Shown here: one piece after another, positions 48,601-57,280 of the stretch
Position numbering within the stretch: position 1 is the stretch's first letter
Layout of the letters: the number at the start of each line of letters is the position of its first letter
NCBI GenBank assembly: GCA_028066595.1
Contig: JALCBJ010000005.1
Coordinates: 43,933 to 107,932, forward strand
Origin: Thermoanaerobaculia bacterium
Lineage (GTDB): Bacteria; Acidobacteriota; Thermoanaerobaculia; Multivoradales; J023
Length of the DNA stretch: 64,000 bases
Direction: 5' to 3'
Made by a program: the position numbers and the translations under genes
The notes under the pieces: generated by a model
Seen by the model: the letters and a program-made list of their open reading frames with translations, nothing else
What the model was told of the DNA's origin: nothing
The model's database searches: none

Positions 48601-51470
48601 CGAAGTGTGCCGCCGGGTGCTTCCGGTGAATCGGTCCAGGTTTCGGCACGTAGGCGGGCCGCCTCGCCCAAGAGCTGGCGTCCCTCTTCGCTCTGGCCAG
48701 CCAGGTTCCGGACCGTGCCGCCGAGGCTGAGTAGGGATCCAAGTGTTTCGCGCGCCGGCTCGCCTGCCAAGCGAGCCCATCCGATTCCGAGCTCGAGCCA
48801 GGATCGGGTCTCTTCGATCCGTTGGGCTCGCCAAGAGGTCTCGGCAAGAAAAAGGGCGATGTCGGCCATCGTGGCGGCAGATTCCTTGGTGGCTTCAAAG
48901 TCGCTCTCTTCTTCCTGGAGCTCCATTGAAAGGCGGTCGAACATTTGCTGACCTTCGGCCATCGCTTCTGAAATCAGACCCTTCGCGGCCAGGGCTGTGG
49001 CGCGTGCGCGCCGGAGCTCGATCTCGACGTTGACCTGGGCTTCGTCAACGAATCCGAGAGCTAGGTCGCAGGCGGACAGGGCATCGTCCCAGTGGCAGGT
49101 CGCGACGAAACGGCGGGCCTGCATCGAGCCGTAGCGAAGAGCTTCCGACGCCACACGAGCTTCTGCGAAATGGTGCAGCAGCTCCAGCGCCCTTCGACGG
49201 ACCTGTCCGGAGGGCCGGCGGGATAGGGATCGTGCCCGACGTAGATGGAGCCGCCGGCGTCGTTCGGCTGGTATTTGGCGATACACCACCTCGCGCACGA
49301 TGCCATTGGTGAAACGTAGGTTCCGCCCGCGCCGTCCGGAAGGGTGCTTCTCCAGCAGGCCCCGGGCGATCAATGTGTCGACAGCCTTCTCAAGATCCTC
49401 GGTGGAGAGCTCGAGGGGAAGCTCCGATGATTCGTTCTCGGTAAGAGCCGCAATGGCTACGAGATCTTCGAGGTCGCGCTCCATGACGTGATGACCCAGG
49501 ATCGACGCTGCTTCTACGACCAGCAGTGGTCGCTCTCTCAGCCTTTCCAACTTGGCCTCGACTGCCTGACGAACGCTCGAGGGTAGAACTCCGGCAAGCG
49601 GTAGGCCATCGGCAGTTCTCGTGGCGCCCGAAACGCGGAGCTCGTCTCCCCGACCCGGAGTAGGCTCCTCCGATTTCGCCAGGGCGTGGAGTAGCTCGGA
49701 GGTGAAGAACGGACTTCCGTTCGTGGCCTCGAAGATCCTGCGGATCAAGTCCGGGTCTGCAGGCGCGCCGAGTACTTCTTCGACCAACTCGGTGTGTTCA
49801 TCGACTCCTAGAGGGCCGAGATGAATCTCCCGGAAGCGCGGATCGGCTCGCAGCCCACCGATCGATCGGGCCAGTGGATGCGTCCGCGGCACCTCGGTCG
49901 GACGATAGGAGGCGACCAAGAGAATCGGCGCCGAAGACAGGCGGCGAAGCAGATACTGGAGGAAGCCGACCTCCATATTTGCCTGGTGAATCTGTTCCAT
50001 CACGAGAACGCACGGCCGCCCATGGGCCATGCGGCCCAAGGTGCGCGCGATCAGCTCGCCGTGCTGGTTCGGTTCGTCGGAATGACCCGGCCGCTCGACT
50101 CCGCGAGCCGCTTCGCGAATCGCGGGCACTTCCGCGAGTGCCGGAAACGCCGCAGAGAGCTCCGCTGCCAAGCTGCTCAGGTCTGGCGGGATACGGTCGG
50201 TCGGCTCGATGTCGCCATCTGCGGATCCGTTCGAGCCCAGTCGCCCAGGATCGGACTCCATGTTAGAGGAGCCACCAGAAGAGGCCTCCGAGACCGCTTC
50301 ATCAAGCTGTAGGAAGTAGTCCTCGACCAGCTCGTAGAAGGCGCCGTACTTGTTGGGGCCTTCTGCTTCCGCGAAGCTTCCGTGGAGAACGAGCGCGTGC
50401 CGACTCCGCGCTTCGTCCTCTAGAGCCTCGAGAAGCCGTGTCTTGCCCGATCCCGTGTCGCCGGAGACGAACACCAACTGCAGCGCACCAGGCTCGGCTC
50501 GCTCCAAGGCACGTCGTAGTTTTTCGAGTTCCTGATTCCGGCCGATCAGTGGTGGCTCGGACTTCCTGGCCCGGCGGCGCCGGTGCCGGTGTCCGGCCGG
50601 TCTCGTATCGGTCTCGTCGATGCGTCCACCGACTGCGCGCAGCGCTCGGGCGAGCTCGCTACCGGTTTGGATCCGATCCTCGGGATCTTTCTCCAAACAA
50701 GTGCGGAGCACGTCCAGGAGCAACGGATCCGTGAAATCCGCTTCCGGAAACTCAGGCGTCTCGTGGACGATGCGGTAGAGAACCGAGGGCGAGGCGCCAC
50801 CAAACGGTGGTCGGCCGAAGAGGCTCTCGTAGAGAATGATCCCGACGGAATAGAGGTCGGAACGACCGTCGAGGTCCGGATTCGACAGGATCTGTTCGGG
50901 ACTGAGATAGGCCAGTGTACCGGGCAAGATACCGGTCTTGGTGAGTCGGGTCGAAGTGCGGCACAACGCCAGCCCGTAGTCCATCACCTGGACGCGCCGC
51001 ACCGCCTCCACACCCTCGCCGCCATCGAGTGCGATCATGAGGTTCTCGGGTTTGATGTCGCGGTGCACAACGCCGCGACTAGCGCTGTGGTCGAGCGCTT
51101 CAGCGACTCGAGCCAAGATCTCCAAGATCTGGATCAGGGGAGGTGGTCGGTCGTGCAGCAGGCGGTGCAATGTCTCTCCCTCGAGGAGGGGCATCACAAA
51201 AAAGAGCTGGTCTTCGTCCCGTCCGAAGTCGTAGATCGGAACGACGGCTGGATGATCGAGTCGGCCCACCAGCCGAGCTTCGCGCTGGAACCGCCGGATC
51301 GCGTCCTTCCTTAGGCCTTCTGCTGCCAGCACCTTGACTGCGACCTCTCGATGCAATGCTCGATCGGTCGCGCGATACACGGTGGCCATGCCACCTTGTC
51401 CGAGCTCGGCCCGCGTCTCGTAGCGACCCGCCAAGCAACGTCCGATCACGGAGATCCGCCTGCAGGCCAT
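45693..51470 (-). CDS. giant multidomain protein: Hanks-type Ser/Thr kinase + STAND/AAA_16 NTPase + TPR-like helical region + two tandem family-5 solute-binding-protein (DppA/OppA-like) domains; predicted cytoplasmic
   Basis: Kinase: 'GQGGMATVYRA', 'HRDIKPENLM', 'DYGLA', 'GTLAYLSPE'. NTPase: Walker A 'GDTGSGKT'. SBP5 starts 'GGTLRVAMIRSFTGLDPTDA' and 'RLVVALGGHVDTLDPAW'. No signal peptide or TM helix anywhere. ATG at 51468-51470; the 390-nt in-frame extension to 51860 is low-complexity and contains a hairpin. Confidence 0.8.
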   Translation of the reverse strand: MACRRISVIGRCLAGRYETRAELGQGGMATVYRATDRALHREVAVKVLAAEGLRKDAIRRFQREARLVGRLDHPAVVPIYDFGRDEDQLFFVMPLLEGETLHRLLHDRPPPLIQILEILARVAEALDHSASRGVVHRDIKPENLMIALDGGEGVEAVRRVQVMDYGLALCRTSTRLTKTGILPGTLAYLSPEQILSNPDLDGRSDLYSVGIILYESLFGRPPFGGASPSVLYRIVHETPEFPEADFTDPLLLDVLRTCLEKDPEDRIQTGSELARALRAVGGRIDETDTRPAGHRHRRRRARKSEPPLIGRNQELEKLRRALERAEPGALQLVFVSGDTGSGKTRLLEALEDEARSRHALVLHGSFAEAEGPNKYGAFYELVEDYFLQLDEAVSEASSGGSSNMESDPGRLGSNGSADGDIEPTDRIPPDLSSLAAELSAAFPALAEVPAIREAARGVERPGHSDEPNQHGELIARTLGRMAHGRPCVLVMEQIHQANMEVGFLQYLLRRLSSAPILLVASYRPTEVPRTHPLARSIGGLRADPRFREIHLGPLGVDEHTELVEEVLGAPADPDLIRRIFEATNGSPFFTSELLHALAKSEEPTPGRGDELRVSGATRTADGLPLAGVLPSSVRQAVEAKLERLRERPLLVVEAASILGHHVMERDLEDLVAIAALTENESSELPLELSTEDLEKAVDTLIARGLLEKHPSGRRGRNLRFTNGIVREVVYRQIPAERRRRLHLRRARSLSRRPSGQVRRRALELLHHFAEARVASEALRYGSMQARRFVATCHWDDALSACDLALGFVDEAQVNVEIELRRARATALAAKGLISEAMAEGQQMFDRLSMELQEEESDFEATKESAATMADIALFLAETSWRAQRIEETRSWLELGIGWARLAGEPARETLGSLLSLGGTVRNLAGQSEEGRQLLGEAARLRAETWTDSPEAPGGTLRVAMIRSFTGLDPTDAISAQDAEISQLIFEPLLRASADGALHPCLGPSWECSDDGLTYRFRIDTRRTFSDGTPLTATTVQTSLRQAARLAAGRRPAALDVVAEVAAPNEKELLIRLRDPLAAFPALLSDPRIAVALRYDGDTPPIGTGAFRLAHRSPERLVLTRNDSHPLHPFVDRMEVEFFRHSRDIAAAWRRGELDLARDLSPSDVAEFQRRPGSDRLADTPQNNVYFTLLNPRGPALGDPELRRVLATSVDVTQIVWKTLPRFATPLVGWLPPGISDHHADGRPDTMPHDEALRAMEFLHTLPLRLRAIEHPAFSDQYRPIADALCQAWSRLGIDVDRHQVSIAEFARQMNEPADFDLVFARWWPDYPDPDGFFYGAFHSSAGLFRSLFASGELDTQIEEARFCKDSEERTRRYRHLEQLLLGRHLVQPLFHDVEYRLMSSRVRGLATSPTPPFVNYSRLSLRPRDRPDEVERRDGRLVVALGGHVDTLDPAWCVHVDAAEVVSNIFEPLTRLDETANAVPHLAKHLESDDGGRRWRVTLRKTRFHNGRYLTARDVRYSFRRLLTHGSPDLHCFLDALEGARETAEERGDLTGVQVVGEHLLELILVRPVPHFPALLSNAATAIVPEGTEEFGPTWRHGTAGTGPFRLVDFQPGRRVDLVANGDYRQPALPKVAEMVFELGTEPEQAAEDFASGRLSMVSTLAAEDLEAFSRRPDYAAGLMEQPSFSTYFATLTSVRGPLADPGCRRSLAALLSNIRSELPSTLGRLGRPANRLVPPSLLGLSDPTTDSSHASATAGAERLDGLTLNVALHPGYGAEYRQLWRKIRGALEIVGVRVVPTHADFSETLRSTSLGAIDVVFNRWIADYPDPASFAQAIAHGPTARQWDDLELSHLADRALLESDREARHTLYLEFERRLTEHAYLVPLFHEQSWCLVRPGIDGLRLRYSRPEVSYEELKIRGSAQIEL

Positions 51471-51632
51471 CTGCCGTCGGTGCGCTCTTCCAGGTCCGAG
51501 ATGCCGACCGTTCGGTTGGTATCTAGCGCGTACGACACTCTCATCGAGCTCTTGATTCGATGACCACGGTCTTCGACCCTCAGGGTGCTCGGCTCCTGAG
51601 AGGGACCCGTTTCCTACGCCCAGATACAACGA

Positions 51633-51681
51633 GGCCCCCTCCGGTTGGCGTCCCGCGAGGGACGGTCGGAGGGGGCTTTTT
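51633..51681 (+). terminator. orphan intrinsic-terminator-like hairpin (GC stem + TTTTT) on the plus strand, in the 5' region of the giant kinase gene
   Basis: gccccctccg...cggagggggc followed by ttttt, with a nested gtccc/gggac stem. No plus-strand gene is evident upstream. Confidence 0.3.
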
Positions 51682-52030
51682 ACCCCGAGCCCCCCTCGTG
51701 GTAAAAGCAGGTCCGAAGACCGTGAAGCGTAGATTCCAAGGCGTTGCAGTGGGCCGTTGGAGCCGAATGAAGAGAAGTTGTCGCGAAGTCTCGGGTGATG
51801 CCCCCCAGCGACCACCCTCGCCTCCGCGACGCCATTTAAGAACTGCATTCGGCGTGCCAACTTCTCCGCCGAGAGTCGGAAATCTCGTATCCGCCAACAG
51901 ATCCGAAGAGCGCTATCCGAGGAAGTGTGTTGATTTTCAACGGATTTCGACGCATCTTAGCCCGAAGAAAGAGATCGAGGCGGTCTCATCATGCGACGGA
52001 GCTTGGCGTAGAACACTTGGTTTCTGGGTC

Positions 52031-52086
52031 AAAAACCGTGGGAGTTTTTCCCATGTGGGGAGTTCCTCCAGGTTGGAGTAACTCCC
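52031..52086 (-). terminator. candidate terminator of the ABC-2/sulfatase-like operon (two hairpins, second followed by a T-tract on the minus strand)
   Basis: Hairpins ggggagtt..aactcccc and tggga..tccca, then cggttttt on the minus strand. They sit 30-80 nt past the 52113 stop. Confidence 0.35.
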
Positions 52087-52112
52087 CACGACCGACGTGC
52101 CGACCCGTTTGC

Positions 52113-54401
52113 TCAGAGGTAGCCGAGGGCTTCGAGGCTCCGGCGCGTCTCTTCGTCGAGATCGACGCCTTGGTCTTCGTGTGCCGCGGTCTCGCGACAG
52201 TCGCCAAGCTGCCGACGGATGAGCGAGCCAAGGAAACCCAGACGTACCGGATGCTGCGACGAAAGGTCGTACTTCTCGCCCGGATCGTGTGAGGCTTCGT
52301 AAAGCTGCCATCGACGTTCGGGGCGCAATCCGGTCTCGGGATCGCAGCCCGCTCGGAACTCCACGATCGCTTTGAAGCTACCGCGGAGGATGGAAGCCCG
52401 CTCCGCCCCGTCGAGGTGGAGGTGGCTGAACAGGGTACGCGGGTGAGAGTGCTCCGGAGAGGGCAGCAGGAGGTCGATTCCACGAGCTCCGGCAGGAACC
52501 GGAGCGCCGACCCGTCGCAGGATCGTTGGCAGGATGTCGATGTGCTGCACCGACCGGTCTATCTTTCGCGGCTCGACACCAGGCCAGTGCAGGGCCATCG
52601 GTACCCGAAGCGACTCCGAGTGGAGAGCGCGGCCGTGCTCCAGGTTGCCGTGTTCGAGAAATTCTTCGCCATGGTCGGAAACGAAGAGCACGGCCGGCTC
52701 GTCGATACCTCGGCTCGAAAGCGACTCGAGGAACTGCCCGAAGGCCTCATCGGCCGCAGCGATCTCTGCCTGGTAGAGGCGGTGTAGCTCTTCGAGCACT
52801 GCGGCCGATCGAGGAATCCTGCCCTGTCGCAAGTCGTTCAGGCGTCGGAGCGAATCCTGCGCCCGTGCGGCCGACGTTCCAGGAGCCATTCGCTCGCGCC
52901 ATGCAGCCGGCGGATCGTAGGGCGAGTGAGGATCGAGGACGTGAACGTAGACGAAGAGTGGGCTGGCGGCCAGATCGTCCCCCAGCGCTTCCAGCCGGCG
53001 CTCTACCGCACGGTTTACTTCGAAGGCATCCGCTTCCTCACCCAGATATTCGAAATGGTCGAATCCTCGGTCGAAGCCAAAGGTCTTGGTGAGGTTCGGA
53101 TTGGTGACGACGGCCTCGGTCCGCCATCCGTTGCGCTGGAGTATCTCTGGCAGGGCCGGCAGGTCGTCCCGTAGACGGTCGTCCCGGTCGATGGCGCCGT
53201 GGCTGGGTGGCCACATTCCAGTGAAGATCGAGGCGACCGAAGCCTTGGTCCAGGAAGACTGTGCGACGGTATGCCGGAACACTACCGACGTGGAAGCGAA
53301 TGCATCGAGGTGAGGTGTGGGTACGGGGCCCGCCGTCCATGTGTCTCGTGCCCAAGCCGAGAGATGATCGGCCCTCAACGTGTCGACCACATAGAGGACG
53401 AAGACCCGCGGGACCTGCAGATCGGGCACCACCGAATCGGGTGTCGGGTCGGCGATGGAGGCTTCGGACGTTGTTGTCGAAATCCGAGGCCGAAGCAATA
53501 CGATGCCGTCGGCGGGAACGTCACTACCGTGTCGATCGGGCAGAGCCGAGAATCGGAGTCGCACGAGCCCACGGTCACCGAGCGGAACAGGCCGAAGAGG
53601 TGTTTCGGTGAGATCTAGATCCGACGTCCGGAGCGCCTCGCTGTCTCCAGCTGTAGCCGGGGTAGGCGCGGGGACGTCGCGAGACACCTGGATCGCGAGT
53701 CGCCCGGAACCGCGAAGGCTGAGGTGATCCACCTCGAGGAACGAGCGCTCCGTGAGTTCCAGGAATACATCCAGCCGACTGTCCCAGGGCAGAATGATGC
53801 GATCGTCTTCGACCACCGGACGCCCACTTCGACCGACTGGGCGACCGTCGGCGAGGGCGATACCCGTCCAGGCCGCCGCCAGCCGTCGCGAATCGCGAGA
53901 CGACGTGACATCCGACGGCTTGGTGGCGCGCGAGAACACAAGTCGCAGTGCGTTGTCACCTGTCTGCCACAGCCCAGCTGGCACGTCGACACGGTACTCA
54001 CCGAGGCCCGGTGCCATGTCGAAGTGGCCGACGCTCTGCCAGCCCCCGACGCTGTTTCTGATTTCGACACCAACGGACTGCGAAGGCGCGCCCTGCCAGC
54101 GGTACGGCCAGCCGCGTAGTACGAGCACTTCGTCCCTGGGCTCGAGTACGGTCCAGGCGATCTCCGACGCCTCGCCCACAGCCCACACGAACGGGCGGCC
54201 AGCCGAGTCCCGTTCGGGGTTGGCCCAGCCGGATCGTAGGTGAAGGGCCGGGTTCGATAGATCGAGCCGATGGGTCGCTGCTGCGGAATCACCCCACTTC
54301 GCGACATCGGTCAGTGAGGCAACCGGAGTCAACGGAGGTGACTCGGAATGGCAGCCCGCGAGCACCGACAGCAGCAGGAGGAGCCAGGTCAGCCGGGTCA
54401 T
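52113..54401 (-). CDS. lipoprotein with two N-terminal beta-rich domains and a C-terminal sulfatase-like alkaline-phosphatase-superfamily domain (Thr-type, no CxPxR)
   Basis: Lipobox 'LSVLAGC'. 'VVDTLRADHL' metal/nucleophile motif. 'FVSDHGEEF'. ATG overlaps the upstream permease stop (ATGA). Confidence 0.7.
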   Translation of the reverse strand: MTRLTWLLLLLSVLAGCHSESPPLTPVASLTDVAKWGDSAAATHRLDLSNPALHLRSGWANPERDSAGRPFVWAVGEASEIAWTVLEPRDEVLVLRGWPYRWQGAPSQSVGVEIRNSVGGWQSVGHFDMAPGLGEYRVDVPAGLWQTGDNALRLVFSRATKPSDVTSSRDSRRLAAAWTGIALADGRPVGRSGRPVVEDDRIILPWDSRLDVFLELTERSFLEVDHLSLRGSGRLAIQVSRDVPAPTPATAGDSEALRTSDLDLTETPLRPVPLGDRGLVRLRFSALPDRHGSDVPADGIVLLRPRISTTTSEASIADPTPDSVVPDLQVPRVFVLYVVDTLRADHLSAWARDTWTAGPVPTPHLDAFASTSVVFRHTVAQSSWTKASVASIFTGMWPPSHGAIDRDDRLRDDLPALPEILQRNGWRTEAVVTNPNLTKTFGFDRGFDHFEYLGEEADAFEVNRAVERRLEALGDDLAASPLFVYVHVLDPHSPYDPPAAWRERMAPGTSAARAQDSLRRLNDLRQGRIPRSAAVLEELHRLYQAEIAAADEAFGQFLESLSSRGIDEPAVLFVSDHGEEFLEHGNLEHGRALHSESLRVPMALHWPGVEPRKIDRSVQHIDILPTILRRVGAPVPAGARGIDLLLPSPEHSHPRTLFSHLHLDGAERASILRGSFKAIVEFRAGCDPETGLRPERRWQLYEASHDPGEKYDLSSQHPVRLGFLGSLIRRQLGDCRETAAHEDQGVDLDEETRRSLEALGYL

Positions 54402-55186
54402 GACGAGGCCGACGAATAGGCGCGCAGGCCGCGCTGCCAAAACCAGGCCACAAAACTGAAGAAAAGTAGGGTCACCGTCACGACGTGGGCCCAACCCAGG
54501 GCGGACGGCGCGTCGAAGAGAGCGTGAGCCGGGAAGGAACTGGCGAATGCCACCGGTAGGATCGTGAGCAGTGTCCAGCGTAGCCACGGGTGATAGATCT
54601 GATGGGGGCGGTCCGAGAGCTTGTTGAGGGACCAGCTGATCTCGTCGAGACCGCGTGACGAATGAAGCCAGAACACGGGAATGATGAAGGCCATGCGAAC
54701 CAGATAGTAGAGGAGGCTTCCCACCAACAAGAGCACACCGAAGCGCAACAGATCGAACAAGCCGAGGGTTTGAGGGAAGCGCCAGAGGGCCCAGGTCATG
54801 AAAGCCACGGCCATCGCCAGGTTGAGGAAGCTATTGGCGGCGAACTCCCGCAGACTGAGAAAAAAGAGCGACGACACCGGGCGGACGAGGTAGTAGTCGA
54901 GGTCTCCACGGTTGACGTAGATCGGCAGCCACCACAGATTGTTCGAGAACACCGTCATGTGGATCGCGTCCACCAAGAAGACGCCGCCGATAAAGACGTA
55001 GATCTGATCGAGTGTCCAGCCGCCGAGGAGGTCTGTGTGGTCATACAGAACGGTGAAGAACGCGAACTGGACGACGTAGAAGACGAGGTCCATGAAGATA
55101 CGAAAGAAGAAGTCGAGGCGGAACTCGAGTGCCCGCGAGAACGAGAAGCGCAGGAAGTAGCCGTAGAGCTTCAGATAGCGCAGCAT
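54398..55186 (-). CDS. ABC-2 family transporter permease
   Basis: 262 aa with 6 TM helices. N-terminus 'MLRYLKLYGYFLRFSFSRALEFRLDFFF' is typical of this family. Confidence 0.7.
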   Translation of the reverse strand: MLRYLKLYGYFLRFSFSRALEFRLDFFFRIFMDLVFYVVQFAFFTVLYDHTDLLGGWTLDQIYVFIGGVFLVDAIHMTVFSNNLWWLPIYVNRGDLDYYLVRPVSSLFFLSLREFAANSFLNLAMAVAFMTWALWRFPQTLGLFDLLRFGVLLLVGSLLYYLVRMAFIIPVFWLHSSRGLDEISWSLNKLSDRPHQIYHPWLRWTLLTILPVAFASSFPAHALFDAPSALGWAHVVTVTLLFFSFVAWFWQRGLRAYSSASS

Positions 55187-55211
55187 GGTTGCCTGTTCAC
55201 GTGGGTGCTCA

Positions 55212-56057
55212 TCAGATTCCTACTCCGGTGTAGGTCTTCTGGCCGCGCTTCCAGACGATCGCTGCCAGCAGGCTCATCACGACGCACCATCCCGCCAAGA
55301 GCGCCATTCCCATCCACCATTCCTGCTGCGAGACTTCTCCGAGGAGAGTGCGCGTGGGGAACGAGAAGAAGAATCGGAACGGTAGCCAGCTGAGAAACGC
55401 TTGGGTCGCTTCGGGAAAGACTGCCAAGGGAATCATCATGCCGCCGAGGATCTCGGCCGTGAACCGCAGCAAGACGTTGAGGCTCCACACATTGTCGGAC
55501 CAGAACGAGACGAACTGGATCGGTAGCCGGGTGACGAACCACAGCAGATTGGCCAGTAGCACAGCGGGGACTGTCAGGGCGACGGTCGTCGCACTGATCT
55601 CCAGGTCGGCGGAGACGATGTTGGCGAATGGCAAGGCGAAGAAGGCCAGAATCGCTCCGACCTGCAGAAGAGAGGGAAGGAGAGCTCCTACCTGCTCAGC
55701 GTACTTGAAGCCCGTGTAGGGTGCCGGATAGAGCAGGTATCGCGTCAGGCCACCCTCGTAGATATCCTGGGACACGGTGATATCGCGTTCGCGTCCGCGT
55801 GCCAGCCGACCTACCATGAGCACCACCACGTAGTAGATCACCATGTCCGGCAAGGTATAGCCGGCGATGACCTCCTGTCCCGAGCCAGCGAAGATGGCCT
55901 TCCAGAGGAAATATGCGACCGCGAGCTCGACGGCGAAAGCGGCGAAGGAGTTGAGCCAGAAGTCGACGCGATAGCTCATCTGCTTTCGCGCTTCCATGGA
56001 CAAGACCTGCCAGAAGAGATCGGGGCGCCAACGAGCGGCGAGCGAGGTGCGGACCAT
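55212..56057 (-). CDS. ABC-2 family transporter permease (start 56057 overlaps ATPase 3' end by 82 nt; alternative ATG 55979 gives ATGA coupling)
   Basis: 6 TM helices. N-terminus 'MVRTSLAARWRPDLFWQVLSMEARKQMSYRVDFW' looks native. Confidence 0.65.
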   Translation of the reverse strand: MVRTSLAARWRPDLFWQVLSMEARKQMSYRVDFWLNSFAAFAVELAVAYFLWKAIFAGSGQEVIAGYTLPDMVIYYVVVLMVGRLARGRERDITVSQDIYEGGLTRYLLYPAPYTGFKYAEQVGALLPSLLQVGAILAFFALPFANIVSADLEISATTVALTVPAVLLANLLWFVTRLPIQFVSFWSDNVWSLNVLLRFTAEILGGMMIPLAVFPEATQAFLSWLPFRFFFSFPTRTLLGEVSQQEWWMGMALLAGWCVVMSLLAAIVWKRGQKTYTGVGI

Positions 56058-57064
56058 CCTGAGAGCTCAGTCCTCGCGGGCTCGTTGGAGCCGCTCGATG
56101 ATGTTGCCCAGGGCTCCTCTTCGATCGACAGGTCGGCCACGTCGAGGCATTCCATCAGTGCTGCTGCTGCCCGTGGTGCGCGTTCGCGCGGCACCTCGAG
56201 GGCGACCACGCCGTCCTCCGCTCCTACGCGCCGTGCCTCGACGTCCTCCACCAGCCTCTCCAGACGGAGGGTGTCTTCCGGTGCAGGAGAGCTATGAAGC
56301 ACGGCGGTCAACCGTTTGAACCGTGCGAAGCTCTCGACTACTTTGCGTCTTGAACCGTCGTACACCAGCCGCCCCTCGCGAAGGATGAGGATCCTTTCGC
56401 ACAGGCTTTCGATGTCATCCATATAGTGCGATGTGACGATCATCGCGGGTTGGAACCGTCGACGATATTCGAGGACGAATTCGCGGACGGCGCGTTGGGC
56501 GCTGAGATCGAGGCCGATGGTGGGTTCGTCGAGGTACACCACCCGCGGCGAGTGCAGTAGCGCAGCGATCAGCTCCATCTTCATGCGCTCGCCCAGGGAC
56601 AGACGCCGCAATTGAACGTCGAGCTGATCGGTGGCTTCCAGCAGATTCGCCAGGTAGTGGAGGTTCTGGCGATATAGATCTCGCGGTATCTGATAGATCC
56701 CGCGGAGCAGCAAGAACGCATCGGCCGCCGGCAGGTCCCACCAGAGCTGAGCCTTCTGGCCCATGATCAGAGCGATCCGTCGCCTCAGCTCGTTGTCGCG
56801 CCGCCAAGGTTGGTGCCCGAGCACCCTGGCTTCGCCCGACGTAGGATGGACGACGCCTGCGAGCATCTTGACCAGTGTCGTTTTGCCGGCACCGTTGGCG
56901 CCCACGAGCCCGACGACTTCTCCCTCTTCGACACGGAACGAGACTTCGCGCACCGCGTGTTTCGCTACCTTGTGGCGCAGCACGAGGGATTTCATGGATT
57001 GCCAGAGGCCAGGTGCCTTGCGGTGGACGTAGAACGTCTTGCTGAGTTGGTCGACCGAGATCAT
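55976..57064 (-). CDS. ABC transporter ATP-binding protein with C-terminal extension
   Basis: Walker A 'GANGAGKTT'. Signature 'LSLGERMK'. Walker B 'VVYLDEPT'. Confidence 0.85.
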   Translation of the reverse strand: MISVDQLSKTFYVHRKAPGLWQSMKSLVLRHKVAKHAVREVSFRVEEGEVVGLVGANGAGKTTLVKMLAGVVHPTSGEARVLGHQPWRRDNELRRRIALIMGQKAQLWWDLPAADAFLLLRGIYQIPRDLYRQNLHYLANLLEATDQLDVQLRRLSLGERMKMELIAALLHSPRVVYLDEPTIGLDLSAQRAVREFVLEYRRRFQPAMIVTSHYMDDIESLCERILILREGRLVYDGSRRKVVESFARFKRLTAVLHSSPAPEDTLRLERLVEDVEARRVGAEDGVVALEVPRERAPRAAAALMECLDVADLSIEEEPWATSSSGSNEPARTELSGWSAPRSPLVGAPISSGRSCPWKRESR

Positions 57065-57280
57065 CGCGACGCGTACGCTACCGTACCTCTCCGTCTGGAG
57101 GGCACCTTCTCGCCATTCACGGGTCGATGCGTGCTGTTGGGCTAGAATCGGCAGGCCGTCGGGTCACGTCGTCTCCGTCCCTAGCAGCCTGCCAACCGCT
57201 CAGGCAACACGGCCGACCCACGAGAAACGACCCGCCGGCTCGCCGGTATTCGACCGGGCCCCCGACGCAGCCGCGTTCCT

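Noticed and set aside
51471-51860. In-frame N-terminal extension of the giant kinase ORF back to 51860
   Set aside because: The 130-aa extension is low-complexity and spans the terminator-like hairpin. The kinase glycine loop begins right after the ATG at 51470, so the shorter start is preferred.
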